This document shows, piece after piece, positions 9,179 through 19,015 of a stretch of DNA of 64,000 nt. This stretch comes from PVC group bacterium (lineage in GTDB: Bacteria > Verrucomicrobiota > Kiritimatiellia > CAIKKV01 > CAITUY01). The notes under the pieces are model-generated. The model saw nothing but the letters and a program-made list of their open reading frames with translations, did not search any database and was not told where the DNA came from. The translations under genes and the position numbers were made by a program. The DNA is taken from positions 13,751 to 77,750 of the forward strand of contig CAMDCX010000001.1 of NCBI GenBank assembly GCA_945890715.1. Direction: 5' to 3'. How positions within the stretch are numbered: position 1 is the stretch's first letter; every line of letters begins with the position of its first letter.

Positions 9179-10630
9179 ATGGCCAGGAAGATTGTCATCG
9201 AACCGGTTACCCGCGTGGAGGGGCACGGGAAGGTCACGATCCAGCTCGACGACGCGGGCATGGTGACCCGGAGTCGGCTTCACATTGTGGAGTTTCGCGG
9301 GTTTGAGCGGTTCGTTCAGGGGCGGCCTTACTGGGAGGCGCCCGTTCTGGTGCAGCGGTTGTGTGGAATTTGTCCGGTGAGTCATCATCTGGCGGCGGCG
9401 AAGGCAGTGGACGTGATTGTCGGCGCCGGAACGGGTGAGGGACTTACTCCGACGGCAGAGAAGATCCGGCGCCTGATGCACTATGGCCAGATTTTTCAGT
9501 CACACAGCCTGCATTTCTTTCATCTGGCATCTCCGGATCTGCTCTTCGGATATGATTCGCCGCCGGAGACCCGGAATGTAATCGGGGTCGCCATGGCGAA
9601 CCGGGAGCTGGCCACTCAGGCCGTGATGATGCGCAAGTACGGCCAGGAGGTGATTTTGGCGACCGCCGGAAAGAAAATTCACGGAACCGGCGCCATTCCC
9701 GGCGGGGTGAATAAAAGCCTGACCCCGGCCGAGCGGGACACCCTGCTCAAGGGGCCGCACCCGCTCAATGCCGTCCAGATGATCGCCTGGGCGCAGGGCG
9801 CGGTGGCATTTTTCAAGGATTACTACCGGAAGAACAAGGCGTTTATCGACGGGTTCTCGCGGTTCCCCTCAAACCACATGAGCCTGGTTCGCCAGGATGG
9901 CGCGATGGATCTCTACCACGGCGTCCTGCGCGTGGTGGATGCGAACGGGAAGCGGATTCTTAACGATGTGGATTATCAGGACTATGCGAAGTATATCCGG
10001 GAGGATGCCCGGACATGGACCTATATGAAATTTCCGTATCTCCAGGCTCTGGGGCCTGAAAAGGGATGGTATCGGGTGGGACCCCTGGCGCGGTTGAATA
10101 CGGCGGATTTCATTCCCAGTCCCCTGGCCCAGCAGGAGTTTGAGGAGTACAAGAAGGGGACGGGTGGCAAGCCGAACGACATGTGCATGCATACGCACTG
10201 GGCCCGGCTGATTGAGACGCTCCATGCGGCCGAAATGATGAAAGAATTATTGGAGGATCCGGACATCACGGGCGACAAGCTTGTGGTGAAGGGGCGGCGC
10301 CAGGCGGAGGGAGTTGGGTTGATCGAGGCACCGCGCGGGACGCTTTTCCATCATTACCGGGTTAATGGCGACGACCAGATCGAGATGGCGAACCTGATTG
10401 TTTCGACCACGAACAACAACGAAGCCATGAACGAGGCGGTGAATATCGTGGCGCGGGCGCAAATGAACGGGGTCAAGGAGATCACCGAGGGCATGATGAA
10501 TGCCGTCGAGGTGGCGATCCGCGCTTATGACCCCTGCCTGAGTTGTGCCACGCACGCTTACGGACAGATGCCTCTGGAGGTTTCCCTGTTGGACGCAGGC
10601 GGAACCCTCATTGACCGGAAACTGAAATGA
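9179..10630 (+). CDS. hoxH: [NiFe] hydrogenase large subunit, group 3d
   Basis: 'TRVEGHG', L1 'RLCGICPVSH', L2 'DPCLSCATH' followed by a cleavable C-terminal extension. Confidence 0.95.
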   Translation: MARKIVIEPVTRVEGHGKVTIQLDDAGMVTRSRLHIVEFRGFERFVQGRPYWEAPVLVQRLCGICPVSHHLAAAKAVDVIVGAGTGEGLTPTAEKIRRLMHYGQIFQSHSLHFFHLASPDLLFGYDSPPETRNVIGVAMANRELATQAVMMRKYGQEVILATAGKKIHGTGAIPGGVNKSLTPAERDTLLKGPHPLNAVQMIAWAQGAVAFFKDYYRKNKAFIDGFSRFPSNHMSLVRQDGAMDLYHGVLRVVDANGKRILNDVDYQDYAKYIREDARTWTYMKFPYLQALGPEKGWYRVGPLARLNTADFIPSPLAQQEFEEYKKGTGGKPNDMCMHTHWARLIETLHAAEMMKELLEDPDITGDKLVVKGRRQAEGVGLIEAPRGTLFHHYRVNGDDQIEMANLIVSTTNNNEAMNEAVNIVARAQMNGVKEITEGMMNAVEVAIRAYDPCLSCATHAYGQMPLEVSLLDAGGTLIDRKLK

Positions 10631-11088
10631 CCTCGATTCTGGTCTATGGTTATGGAAACCCCGGCAGGCAGGATGACGGGTTGGGTCCCGCCCTGGTATC
10701 GGAATTGGAAGTCTGGCTTACGGTGAATCCTGATCGGCGGATTACCCTGGATTCCAATTACCAGTTGAACGCCGAGGACGCGCTGGCGGTATCCGGACAT
10801 GATGGGGTGATTTTTGTCGACGCAACTCAGGCGGGAGAGGCTCCCTATGAGTTTCGATCCCTAGTTCCGGAAAAGACCATTGCTTTTTCGACCCACGCTA
10901 TGACTTCCGCCACAGTGTTGGCGTTATGCGAGGAACTCTATGACAAACATCCCGCCGCCTGGATCCTGACCATTCGCGGGTATTCCTGGGAGCTGAATGC
11001 CAATCTGACTCCCGAGGCCTCCGCCAACCTGGTGGCGGCCTCTGAATTTATCAAACTGCATTTGAGTCGTTTATGTGATACGCTGTGA
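10627..11088 (+). CDS. hoxW: Hydrogenase maturation protease
   Basis: 'GYGNPGRQDDGLG', 'FVDA', 'FSTH'; 4-bp overlap with hoxH. Confidence 0.9.
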   Translation: MTSILVYGYGNPGRQDDGLGPALVSELEVWLTVNPDRRITLDSNYQLNAEDALAVSGHDGVIFVDATQAGEAPYEFRSLVPEKTIAFSTHAMTSATVLALCEELYDKHPAAWILTIRGYSWELNANLTPEASANLVAASEFIKLHLSRLCDTL

Positions 11089-11091
11089 GAC

Positions 11092-11736
11092 ATGAATCAG
11101 ACGGTTCAGTCCTATTCGTTGCCCGAGGAGATCGCCAATAGCGTCATCCATGGAATCGGTTTTATCCTGGCCGTGGCGGCGTTGTCGGCGATGGTGTTTT
11201 TTTCGGCGATGCGCGGAACAGCCTGGCATATTGTGGCGTGTTCGGTGTACGGGACGACGCTGGTGCTGTTGTTTGCGTCCTCGACGCTCTATCACAGTCT
11301 ACCCTGGCCCCGGACCAAAGCTGTACTGAAAATCATTGACCACTCCGCAATCTACCTGCTTATTGCCGGAACCTATACGCCCTTTCTTCTGATTTCCCTG
11401 CGGGGTCCGTGGGGCTGGTCCCTGTTTGGCATCATCTGGGGGTTGGCGCTGGTGGGGGTGGTGTTCAAGGTCTTTTTTGCCGGCCGCTTCAAACTGTTTT
11501 CGACGCTGGTCTATATCGGCATGGGCTGGATGGCGGTGGTGGCGATAAGACCGCTCTACCTGGGACTGCCCCGGGGCGGATTGTTGTGGTTGGTGGCGGG
11601 TGGGGTGCTCTACACGGCCGGAACGATTTTCTACCTGGGTCGCCGTATTCCCTTTAATCACGCTATCTGGCACGCTTTTGTTCTGGCCGGGAGTCTCTGC
11701 CATTTCCTCAGCGTCATGCTGTATGTGATCCCGTGA
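11092..11736 (+). CDS. Hemolysin III / PAQR family membrane protein
   Basis: 'EEIANSVIH', 'SSTLYH', 'DHSAIYLLIAGTYTP', 'HAIWHAFV'. Confidence 0.92.
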   Translation: MNQTVQSYSLPEEIANSVIHGIGFILAVAALSAMVFFSAMRGTAWHIVACSVYGTTLVLLFASSTLYHSLPWPRTKAVLKIIDHSAIYLLIAGTYTPFLLISLRGPWGWSLFGIIWGLALVGVVFKVFFAGRFKLFSTLVYIGMGWMAVVAIRPLYLGLPRGGLLWLVAGGVLYTAGTIFYLGRRIPFNHAIWHAFVLAGSLCHFLSVMLYVIP

Positions 11737-11780
11737 AGAACGGAGTCTGAGAACGCCCTGTCAGCCCATTGGACAATCTG

Positions 11781-11863
11781 CGGACGCCGAGGCCGGCGTC
11801 CCTCCCTGTTTGAAATCATGGTATTATCCTGTTTTTCGGGAGGGGCGGCGGCCTCGCCGACCG
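11781..11863. repeat. REP-like inverted doublet (GGGAGGG-head family)
   Basis: CGGACGCCGAGGCCGGCGTCCCTCCC ... GGGAGGGGCGGCGGCCTCGCCGACCG between convergent genes; sister copy at 45630-45712. Confidence 0.75.
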
Positions 11864-11872
11864 TCTTGACGG

Positions 11873-13150
11873 TTATCCCTGGATGGTTTTCCACAGGAGG
11901 ATCAGATTCAGGGCAATGACGATGGCGGCCACCAGCCAGAGCCAGAGTTTTCCATACAGGGTGTTGGCATGGGTACCCATGACCCTTCGGGATGAAGTCA
12001 GGTAGATTTGCAGGACGATGGTGATGGGGAGCTGGATGCTGAGAAGAACCTGGGACACAATCAAGGCCTTGAAACTGTTGGTGACAAACATGACTGCGAG
12101 CAGGGCGACCCCAAGGGTAATTCCGACACCTATTTTTGAGAGCGGCTTCTGAATGTCGTAATTCCGGGAAAACAAACCGGCAAAAATGGATCCCCCCGCC
12201 ATCCCGGCCGTGAGGCTTGCCGATAACCCGGCACAAAGCAGGGCCAGGGCGAAGACCGTGGCGGCGAGCGCCCCGCTATGACCCAGCATCGGGTGCAGCA
12301 TTTCCTCCGCTTGCTCGAGGGAGCTCACCTTGACCTTCTGTTGAAAAAAAGTGGCGGCCGCCAGCAAAATCATGGCGCTGTTGATCATCCAGCCGACCAT
12401 CATCGAGAACAGGGTGTCAAGCCATTCAAACCGCAAATGACTGATGATGACGCCTTCGCCCTGACTATTCCATTGCCGGTTCTGAATGACCTCGGAATGC
12501 AGGAACAGATTGTGGGGCATCACCACCGCGCCCAGGACGCTCATCACAATCAGGATGGAGCCGGTGGGGAGATCGGGCGTCACCCAGCCCTTGGCCGCGC
12601 TGATCCAGTGGGTGTCGATCAGGGTCAGTTCAAACAGAAAGGCCAGCCCGATCAGGGAAACAAAGCCCACAATGATTTTCTCAAGGCGTTTGTATGAGTT
12701 CCAGAGGAGTAGCCCCGCCACAACCACGGTGGTAAGGATGGCTCCGACCTTGAGGGGAAGATGAAACAACATCTGAAGTGCGATGGCACCCCCCAGGATT
12801 TCCGCGAAGGCGGTCGCCACCGACGCCAGAACGGCGGAGCCTAGCGCCGGACGGGAGACCCATCGGGATAGGTGTTGCGTGGCCGACTCCGCCAGGCACT
12901 TTCCTGTTACAATTCCCAGGTGCGCCGCATTGTGCTGCAACAGAATAAGCATGATTGTACTCAAGGTCACCACCCAGAGTAACTGGTAGCCGAACTCGGA
13001 ACCCGCCGCCACGTTGGAGGCCCAGTTTCCGGGGTCGATAAAGCCCACGGTAACCAGCAGTCCTGGCCCCAGGAACCTCAGGGCATTCAAGGCGCCAGAG
13101 ACTTGCTTCTGCTGTCTTAGTCGCTCTCGGAATTGTTGAAAGAGTTTCAT
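11873..13150 (-). CDS. mntH: Nramp-family divalent metal transporter
   Basis: 'DPGN' and 'GAVVMPHNLFLHS' Nramp signatures. Confidence 0.9.
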   Translation of the reverse strand: MKLFQQFRERLRQQKQVSGALNALRFLGPGLLVTVGFIDPGNWASNVAAGSEFGYQLLWVVTLSTIMLILLQHNAAHLGIVTGKCLAESATQHLSRWVSRPALGSAVLASVATAFAEILGGAIALQMLFHLPLKVGAILTTVVVAGLLLWNSYKRLEKIIVGFVSLIGLAFLFELTLIDTHWISAAKGWVTPDLPTGSILIVMSVLGAVVMPHNLFLHSEVIQNRQWNSQGEGVIISHLRFEWLDTLFSMMVGWMINSAMILLAAATFFQQKVKVSSLEQAEEMLHPMLGHSGALAATVFALALLCAGLSASLTAGMAGGSIFAGLFSRNYDIQKPLSKIGVGITLGVALLAVMFVTNSFKALIVSQVLLSIQLPITIVLQIYLTSSRRVMGTHANTLYGKLWLWLVAAIVIALNLILLWKTIQG

Positions 13151-13263
13151 GTGTCGGGAACAATACCACGGTGATTATAAATTGTCTAAACTCGACACGT
13201 TTGCGTCATTACAGTATTTTCTCAGACTTTTACCGCGCCAGAATGGCGGGAAATGGGTGAATT

Positions 13264-14283
13264 ATGAATGCACAGGATGTAGTTGTTCTGAAAGAGCAGG
13301 GGTTGGCTGAGGCTAGGCAGGCGGCGACGCTGGCCGAGGTCGAGGCGGTTCGGATCAAGTATCTGGGTCGCAAAGGGGTGCTTCAGGAGGTTATGGACAA
13401 CCTGAAATCCGTGCCCGCCGAGGGGCGTCGGGATTTTGGACGTTGCGCCAATGAATTGAAGCAGGAGCTGACCGTTTTGCTGGATGAGCGGAAAACGGCG
13501 CTAGCGGCGGCGGAAAAGGCGGCGGGCCAGAAACAGTTTGATGTCACCATGCCCGGCGCCTGGCGGAGCCTGGGAACCCGTCACCCCGTTACGCAGGTGA
13601 TTGAGGAATCCATCCGCATTTTCAGCATGCTGGGCTTTACTGTGGCTGATGGCCCCGATATCGAAACGGAATACAACAACTTTGATGCCCTCAACACACC
13701 GGCGGATCATCCGTCGCGGGATACACAGGATACCTTCTGGCTGGATAACAAGACGCTGCTTCGCACTCAAACCTCGCCGGTCCAGATTCGTGTGATGGAA
13801 AGCCGCAAGCCGCCGATCCGGATCATTGCGCCGGGCCGCTGCTATCGCCGGGATACCACGGATGCCACGCACAGCGCGAACTTCCACCAGGTGGAGGGGC
13901 TGTATGTGGATCGCAAGGTGTCCATGGCTGATCTCAAGGGTGACATCACGTTTTTTGCCCACCAGATGATGGGGCCGAACGTTAAGGTGCGGTTCCGTCC
14001 GCATTTCTTCCCGTTCACCGAGCCGAGCGTGGAATATGATTTCTCGTGCCATGTGTGCGGCGGGTCCGGGTGCCGGGTCTGCAAGAACAGCGGCTGGATC
14101 GAAATTTCCGGCGCCGGCATGGTGAATCCGAAAGTGTTCACGATTGTCGGGTACGATCCCGAGGCGGTCACCGGCTATGCCTTCGGCATGGGCCTGGAGC
14201 GTATTGCCATGATCAAGTTCGGCATCGAGGATATCCGGTTGTTGTATGATAACGATGTAAGGTTCCTGTCCCAGTTCTCGTAA
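13264..14283 (+). CDS. pheS: Phenylalanyl-tRNA synthetase alpha subunit
   Basis: 'LRTQTSPVQ', 'FPFTEPS', 'FGMGLER'. Confidence 0.97.
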   Translation: MNAQDVVVLKEQGLAEARQAATLAEVEAVRIKYLGRKGVLQEVMDNLKSVPAEGRRDFGRCANELKQELTVLLDERKTALAAAEKAAGQKQFDVTMPGAWRSLGTRHPVTQVIEESIRIFSMLGFTVADGPDIETEYNNFDALNTPADHPSRDTQDTFWLDNKTLLRTQTSPVQIRVMESRKPPIRIIAPGRCYRRDTTDATHSANFHQVEGLYVDRKVSMADLKGDITFFAHQMMGPNVKVRFRPHFFPFTEPSVEYDFSCHVCGGSGCRVCKNSGWIEISGAGMVNPKVFTIVGYDPEAVTGYAFGMGLERIAMIKFGIEDIRLLYDNDVRFLSQFS

Positions 14284-14293
14284 GGGGTTGATT

Positions 14294-16723
14294 ATGAAGT
14301 TACCGTTGAGTTGGTTGAAAGAGTATGTCGATGTTGGCCTGAGTCCCAAGGAGCTGGCTTCCCTGCTGACGTTCTCCGGAACGGAAGTGGAGGGGATCAA
14401 GACCATTGGCGGGGATTTCACGGGAATCGTGGTGGGTGAAGTGCTTTCTGTCGAGCGGCATCCGAATGCCGACCGGTTGACCGTCTGTCAGGTGAACAGC
14501 GGGTCGGAAACCCTGACCGTGGTCTGTGGCGCGCCGAATGTGGCGGCCGGGATCAAGGTGCCGCTGGCCACTCTCGGAACCCTGGTTCCGAACGGCTTGA
14601 AGATCAAGAAGGCCAAGGTCCGGGGCGTCGAATCCTTCGGGATGCTTTGCGCGGCCGACGAACTGGGACTGTCCGAGGATCATAGTGGGTTGATGATTCT
14701 GCCGCCTGAGACCAAGGTCGGAACACCCTTTTCTGAAATTGCCGGGCCGCCGGAGACGGTGCTGGAACTTGAGGTGACGCCAAACCGGCCGGATTGCCTG
14801 AGCTTGATCGGGATGGCCCGCGAGGTGGCGGCCTTGCTGGGCAAGCCCCTGAAGATGCCGAGTCCGGTTGTGAAAGAAGAGGCTCGCACGGTCGAAAGTC
14901 TCGCCAGTGTCACCATTGAAGACGCGGTGGGATGTCCGAGATATACCGGCCGAGTGCTTTCCGGGATCACCATTGCCCCGAGCCCGCAATGGATGCAGCG
15001 GCGCCTGACGGCGGCAGGGATCCGTCCGATCAACAATGTCGTCGATATCACCAACTATGTCATGCTGGAATGCGGTCAACCGCTGCACGCTTTTGACTAC
15101 GAGTTGCTGGACGGCCACAAGATCATTGTGCGCCGGGCGAAGGCCGGGGAAGCTATGAGCACGCTGGATGGCACGGCGCGGGAAATCAATCCGGACATGC
15201 TGATGATTGCCGATGGCCGACGGCCCGTGGCCGTGGCGGGCGTCATGGGCGGGGCGGGGAGCGAAATCCGGGACGTCACCAAAACGGTTCTGCTGGAGAG
15301 CGCCTATTTCAAGCCGTCCGATATCCGGAAGACCTCCAAGAAGCTGGGGCTGTCCACCGACTCGTCCTACCGGTTCGAGCGCGGGGTGGATATCGAGAAC
15401 GTCGATTGGGCAAGCCGGCGTGCCGCGCAGTTGATGGTGGAACTGGCGGGCGGGGTGGCGGCGAAAGGGGTGATCGATGTCTTCCCGGCAAAACCGGCGC
15501 GTGGTCAGGTGTCGTTGCGGTTTGAGCGCGCCCGGGATCTTCTGGGAATTCAGATTGCCGATGAGGTGATCCTGACGATTTTCAAGGCGCTGGGATTGGG
15601 GCTTGTTTCCCGGGATGCCGTGTCTTGCTTGATGGAAATTCCCGCATACCGGGTTGACCTTAAGCAGGAAGCGGATCTGATCGAGGAAATCGCGCGCATT
15701 CACGGGTTGGATAAGGTTCCGTCGCCGTCTCCCGTGGCAAAGATTATTCCCGGCGCCGACGACAAGCCGACGCGTGCCATTCTGGCGTGTCGGGCGAATC
15801 TGGTCGGGCTTGGGCTTTCGGAAATCATGAACTACAGTTTCCTTTCCGGGCGCCTGCTGGACCTAGTGGGACATGGCGATCCGGAGAAGCGGGTCGTGCT
15901 GCCCAACCCGATCAGTGCGGATCACACGGTGTTACGGGATTCCTTTATTCCTCAGATGATTGAGACTTTAGGGAAGAACCGGGCGCGCCAGGCTCGGGAA
16001 GCGTCGTTATTTGAAATGGGCCGCGTATTCTTCAAGGACGACTCGGGAAAGAATGCCGAAGCCGACCGGATTTGCATTGGCCTGATGGGTCCTGTGGGGC
16101 GAACCGGGATGGCGAAATCCAAGCCGGTGAAGGACGAGGAGATGTTCCAGTGGATCACGGGCATCCTGGAGTCGCTCTGCCGCGCGCAGCATGTTCCGGA
16201 GATCGCGAAGGGCGGATTGGCGAGCTTGGATCTCGTGCTAAAGCCTGTAAAGAGCCCCTGTTATGAAGAGGGACGGGGCGTCAGCATCTGGATCTCCAGC
16301 GCCTGTGTTGGAACGATGGGGCTGGTTAGCGAACGGGTTCGCAATGAGTGGCGGCTGGTTGATCCTGTGGCGGTGCTTGAGCTTGATCTGGCGCCATTGG
16401 TGGCCCAGGCCCTGCGGATTCCGGTTTCCCGTGCCCTCGGGACGTTCCCCAGTGTCGATCGTGATGTGGCTCTGGTCGTTGATGATGGCATTTCGCACGA
16501 GGCGATTCTCAAGACCATTTGGACGGTGGCCCCGCCGGAATTGGTGGATGTCCGTTTGTTCGATATCTATCGTGGCGAAGGGGTCGGGAAAAACCGGAAG
16601 AGCATGGCGTATTCCCTGACTTATCGCTCGATGGAGAAGACGTTGACCGATGAGGTGGCGAACGGATTCCACGAGAAGGTGAAAGCCGCCATTTGCAAGG
16701 ATGTTGGGGCGGAAATACGATAA
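14294..16723 (+). CDS. pheT: Phenylalanyl-tRNA synthetase beta subunit
   Basis: 'HPNADRL', 'VVCGAPN', 'TPNRPD', 'RFERGVD', C-terminal FDX-ACB domain. Confidence 0.97.
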   Translation: MKLPLSWLKEYVDVGLSPKELASLLTFSGTEVEGIKTIGGDFTGIVVGEVLSVERHPNADRLTVCQVNSGSETLTVVCGAPNVAAGIKVPLATLGTLVPNGLKIKKAKVRGVESFGMLCAADELGLSEDHSGLMILPPETKVGTPFSEIAGPPETVLELEVTPNRPDCLSLIGMAREVAALLGKPLKMPSPVVKEEARTVESLASVTIEDAVGCPRYTGRVLSGITIAPSPQWMQRRLTAAGIRPINNVVDITNYVMLECGQPLHAFDYELLDGHKIIVRRAKAGEAMSTLDGTAREINPDMLMIADGRRPVAVAGVMGGAGSEIRDVTKTVLLESAYFKPSDIRKTSKKLGLSTDSSYRFERGVDIENVDWASRRAAQLMVELAGGVAAKGVIDVFPAKPARGQVSLRFERARDLLGIQIADEVILTIFKALGLGLVSRDAVSCLMEIPAYRVDLKQEADLIEEIARIHGLDKVPSPSPVAKIIPGADDKPTRAILACRANLVGLGLSEIMNYSFLSGRLLDLVGHGDPEKRVVLPNPISADHTVLRDSFIPQMIETLGKNRARQAREASLFEMGRVFFKDDSGKNAEADRICIGLMGPVGRTGMAKSKPVKDEEMFQWITGILESLCRAQHVPEIAKGGLASLDLVLKPVKSPCYEEGRGVSIWISSACVGTMGLVSERVRNEWRLVDPVAVLELDLAPLVAQALRIPVSRALGTFPSVDRDVALVVDDGISHEAILKTIWTVAPPELVDVRLFDIYRGEGVGKNRKSMAYSLTYRSMEKTLTDEVANGFHEKVKAAICKDVGAEIR

Positions 16724-16730
16724 GCGATCA

Positions 16731-17195
16731 ATGAAGTGCCTCATCCAGCGCGTCAGTCGTGCCAGTGTCACCGTGGACGGGCAGGTTACCGGCTCCATAG
16801 GGAAAGGTTTTGCTATTTTACTTGGCGTAAGGATCGGCGACACGGATGCCGACTCGGTTTATCTGGCTGAGAAGACGGCCGGGCTGCGGATTTTTCCCGA
16901 TGCACAAGACAAGATGAACCTGGCACTGGGTGAGGTGGGTGGTGCGGTGTTGGTTGTTTCCCAATTCACCCTTTACGCCGATACCCGGAAGGGGAACCGG
17001 CCGAGCTTTATCCATGCCGCTCCGCCCGCCGAAGGCGAGCGGCTCTATGAAGTCTATGTGGGTCATCTCCGGCGGATCCTGGGGTCCGGCCAGGTGGCCA
17101 CCGGCACCTTCCGCGCCAGCATGAGCGTCGAGATCATCAACGATGGACCGGTTACGATTGAGTTGGTGTCAGATGGCCGTGGCGGCGGTAGGTAA
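16731..17195 (+). CDS. dtd: D-aminoacyl-tRNA deacylase
   Basis: 'IQRV', 'SQFTL', 'NDGPVT'. Confidence 0.95.
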   Translation: MKCLIQRVSRASVTVDGQVTGSIGKGFAILLGVRIGDTDADSVYLAEKTAGLRIFPDAQDKMNLALGEVGGAVLVVSQFTLYADTRKGNRPSFIHAAPPAEGERLYEVYVGHLRRILGSGQVATGTFRASMSVEIINDGPVTIELVSDGRGGGR

Positions 17196-17208
17196 AGGTG
17201 GGACAGCG

Positions 17209-19011
17209 TCAACTGTGAGCCGAACCGCCCGGTTGATACTCTGGTAGACGGATGAGGAAGGTGGTGCCCGCGCCCGGCTGGCTTTGGGCGGTGATCGTTC
17301 CCCCGTGTTGTTGGACGATCTTCTGGCAGACCGCGAGTCCGATTCCCGACCCTGGATACTGATCTTCTGAATGAAGCCGCTGGAAGGGTTTGAAAATTTG
17401 TTCAACATGCTTCTCGTCGAAACCGATCCCATTGTCCCGTATCCGGATCTCAATCAGGCCCTTGCCGGGGCTCCGGCTCGAGACGCAGACGCGCGGGGCA
17501 CAGCCGGGCGTGACAAATTTAAGGGCATTGCCGATAAGATTCAGGAACAGTTGATACAATTGCAGTTGATCGCCCAGTACTGTCGGCAGGATCCCGACCT
17601 CCACCGCGGCTCCTGTTTCCTTGATGCGGGGTGCTAAATCTTCAAGGGCCTGATTGACCGGATTCGACAAGGCCACAGGAAAGAACACCCGGTCGCCTTT
17701 ATTCACGCGGGCGTACATCAGGAGCCCCTGAATTAATTGCTGCATGCGCTGGGAGGATTTTTCAATGTGACTCAGAAAATCACGCGCCGTGTCCGGCAGG
17801 GCGGCCGCGCACTCTTCGCGAAGGAGTTCGCTGAAGCCGATGATCCGTCGCAGGGGGGCTTGTAAATCATGCGAGGCGATGTAGGCAAACTGATCGAGCT
17901 CGGCATTTGACCGGGCCAGTTCCTCCGACTTTCGAAAGACTTCAGCTTCTGCTTGTTGGCGAAGACTGATCAAGCGGGCGTTTGTAAGGCTAAGGGCGCA
18001 CAGGCTGACAATATCAAGGGCCAGATTAAGGTAGTCCTGACCGTGATGCGGCAAGGTGATCGTGTCGGCGATCACAAATCCCAAGGTTGCATTCTGGTAT
18101 TTGACACGTACGGAAAACCCGCTTTCCGTCATGGCGGAAGTCTCATCGGGTCTGAACCGTGCCATCCAGGCCTCTATCCATTCGGCATCATCAGGTTTCG
18201 GGAAGTTGCTGTAGATTCTTTTTGTCTGACCCCCATCAGGCGAAACATAGGCCACGCGCTCGGCTCCAAACAGCATGGTGAAAAGCTCGAGTATGGCCTG
18301 GATCGCGTCTTCCTCATTCATAATCCGCGTCAATTTCACCAACAGATCCATGGCTAGCACATGGTCGGCCAGTTTCTTGTTGGCACGCGCGAATTCCTCT
18401 TTCACCAGAAGCTCGGCTTCACGGGTGCGCCACGCCTGGACAAGATAACTCAGAATGAGTCTGAAATGGTCCAGTCCCACGGACATGACTTCGGTCGGAA
18501 GTCCAAGGTATTCGGCGCAATCGTGCAGGCGGGTCTGAGCCTCCGGATCGACGCCGGTATCAAGCAGAACCATGCGGCGTGCGCCTTCGGCAAAAAACAT
18601 TCGTGCTGTTTCCCGGTCAAACTGCCAGGCGTCAATATGCTGTTGCCAGTGTTCCAGCCAACCGGAGGTGACCAGGTGCGATCCGTCACAAAGACACCGG
18701 TCAATGGTCGTCTTGTTGATAAGCATATGAAAGCATAATTCCTCCCGGTGAATCCGGTGATACCGGTCCTCGGACAAGGCCGTTTTATTCTGGTTCAGGA
18801 GGTAGCAGGCCCCGACCAGAATAGTGGTCTGTCCATTTTTTCCCGAGTCATAAAACTGGTGTGTCAGCGTCGCCGTCAGATCCGCCCGGGGGCGAACACA
18901 GAGATCGGGAAATGCCGAGACGCTGACGTTTTCAAAGCCTTCGGATTGGAGGATGACCTGTGCTTCCTTGAGGTAGTACTGGCAGACGAGGAGATGGAGA
19001 CTGGGAGGCAT
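17209..19011 (-). CDS. Cytoplasmic sensor histidine kinase: DUF1638-like N-domain, GAF-like segment, HisKA, HATPase_c
   Basis: H-box 'FAYIASHDLQAPLR', N-box 'NLIGNALKF', 'DNGIG', 'GSGIGL'; N-terminal 'LVC..LKE / GAC / TSGW / LLDTG / AEYLGL' pattern; no transmembrane segment seen. Confidence 0.85.
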   Translation of the reverse strand: MPPSLHLLVCQYYLKEAQVILQSEGFENVSVSAFPDLCVRPRADLTATLTHQFYDSGKNGQTTILVGACYLLNQNKTALSEDRYHRIHREELCFHMLINKTTIDRCLCDGSHLVTSGWLEHWQQHIDAWQFDRETARMFFAEGARRMVLLDTGVDPEAQTRLHDCAEYLGLPTEVMSVGLDHFRLILSYLVQAWRTREAELLVKEEFARANKKLADHVLAMDLLVKLTRIMNEEDAIQAILELFTMLFGAERVAYVSPDGGQTKRIYSNFPKPDDAEWIEAWMARFRPDETSAMTESGFSVRVKYQNATLGFVIADTITLPHHGQDYLNLALDIVSLCALSLTNARLISLRQQAEAEVFRKSEELARSNAELDQFAYIASHDLQAPLRRIIGFSELLREECAAALPDTARDFLSHIEKSSQRMQQLIQGLLMYARVNKGDRVFFPVALSNPVNQALEDLAPRIKETGAAVEVGILPTVLGDQLQLYQLFLNLIGNALKFVTPGCAPRVCVSSRSPGKGLIEIRIRDNGIGFDEKHVEQIFKPFQRLHSEDQYPGSGIGLAVCQKIVQQHGGTITAQSQPGAGTTFLIRLPEYQPGGSAHS

Positions 19012-19015
19012 GATG

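Noticed and set aside
13165-13200. MntR/DtxR-like box or yybP-ykoY riboswitch upstream of mntH
   Set aside because: Only one half-site-like CTAAA; the 113-bp spacer shows no riboswitch-like structure.
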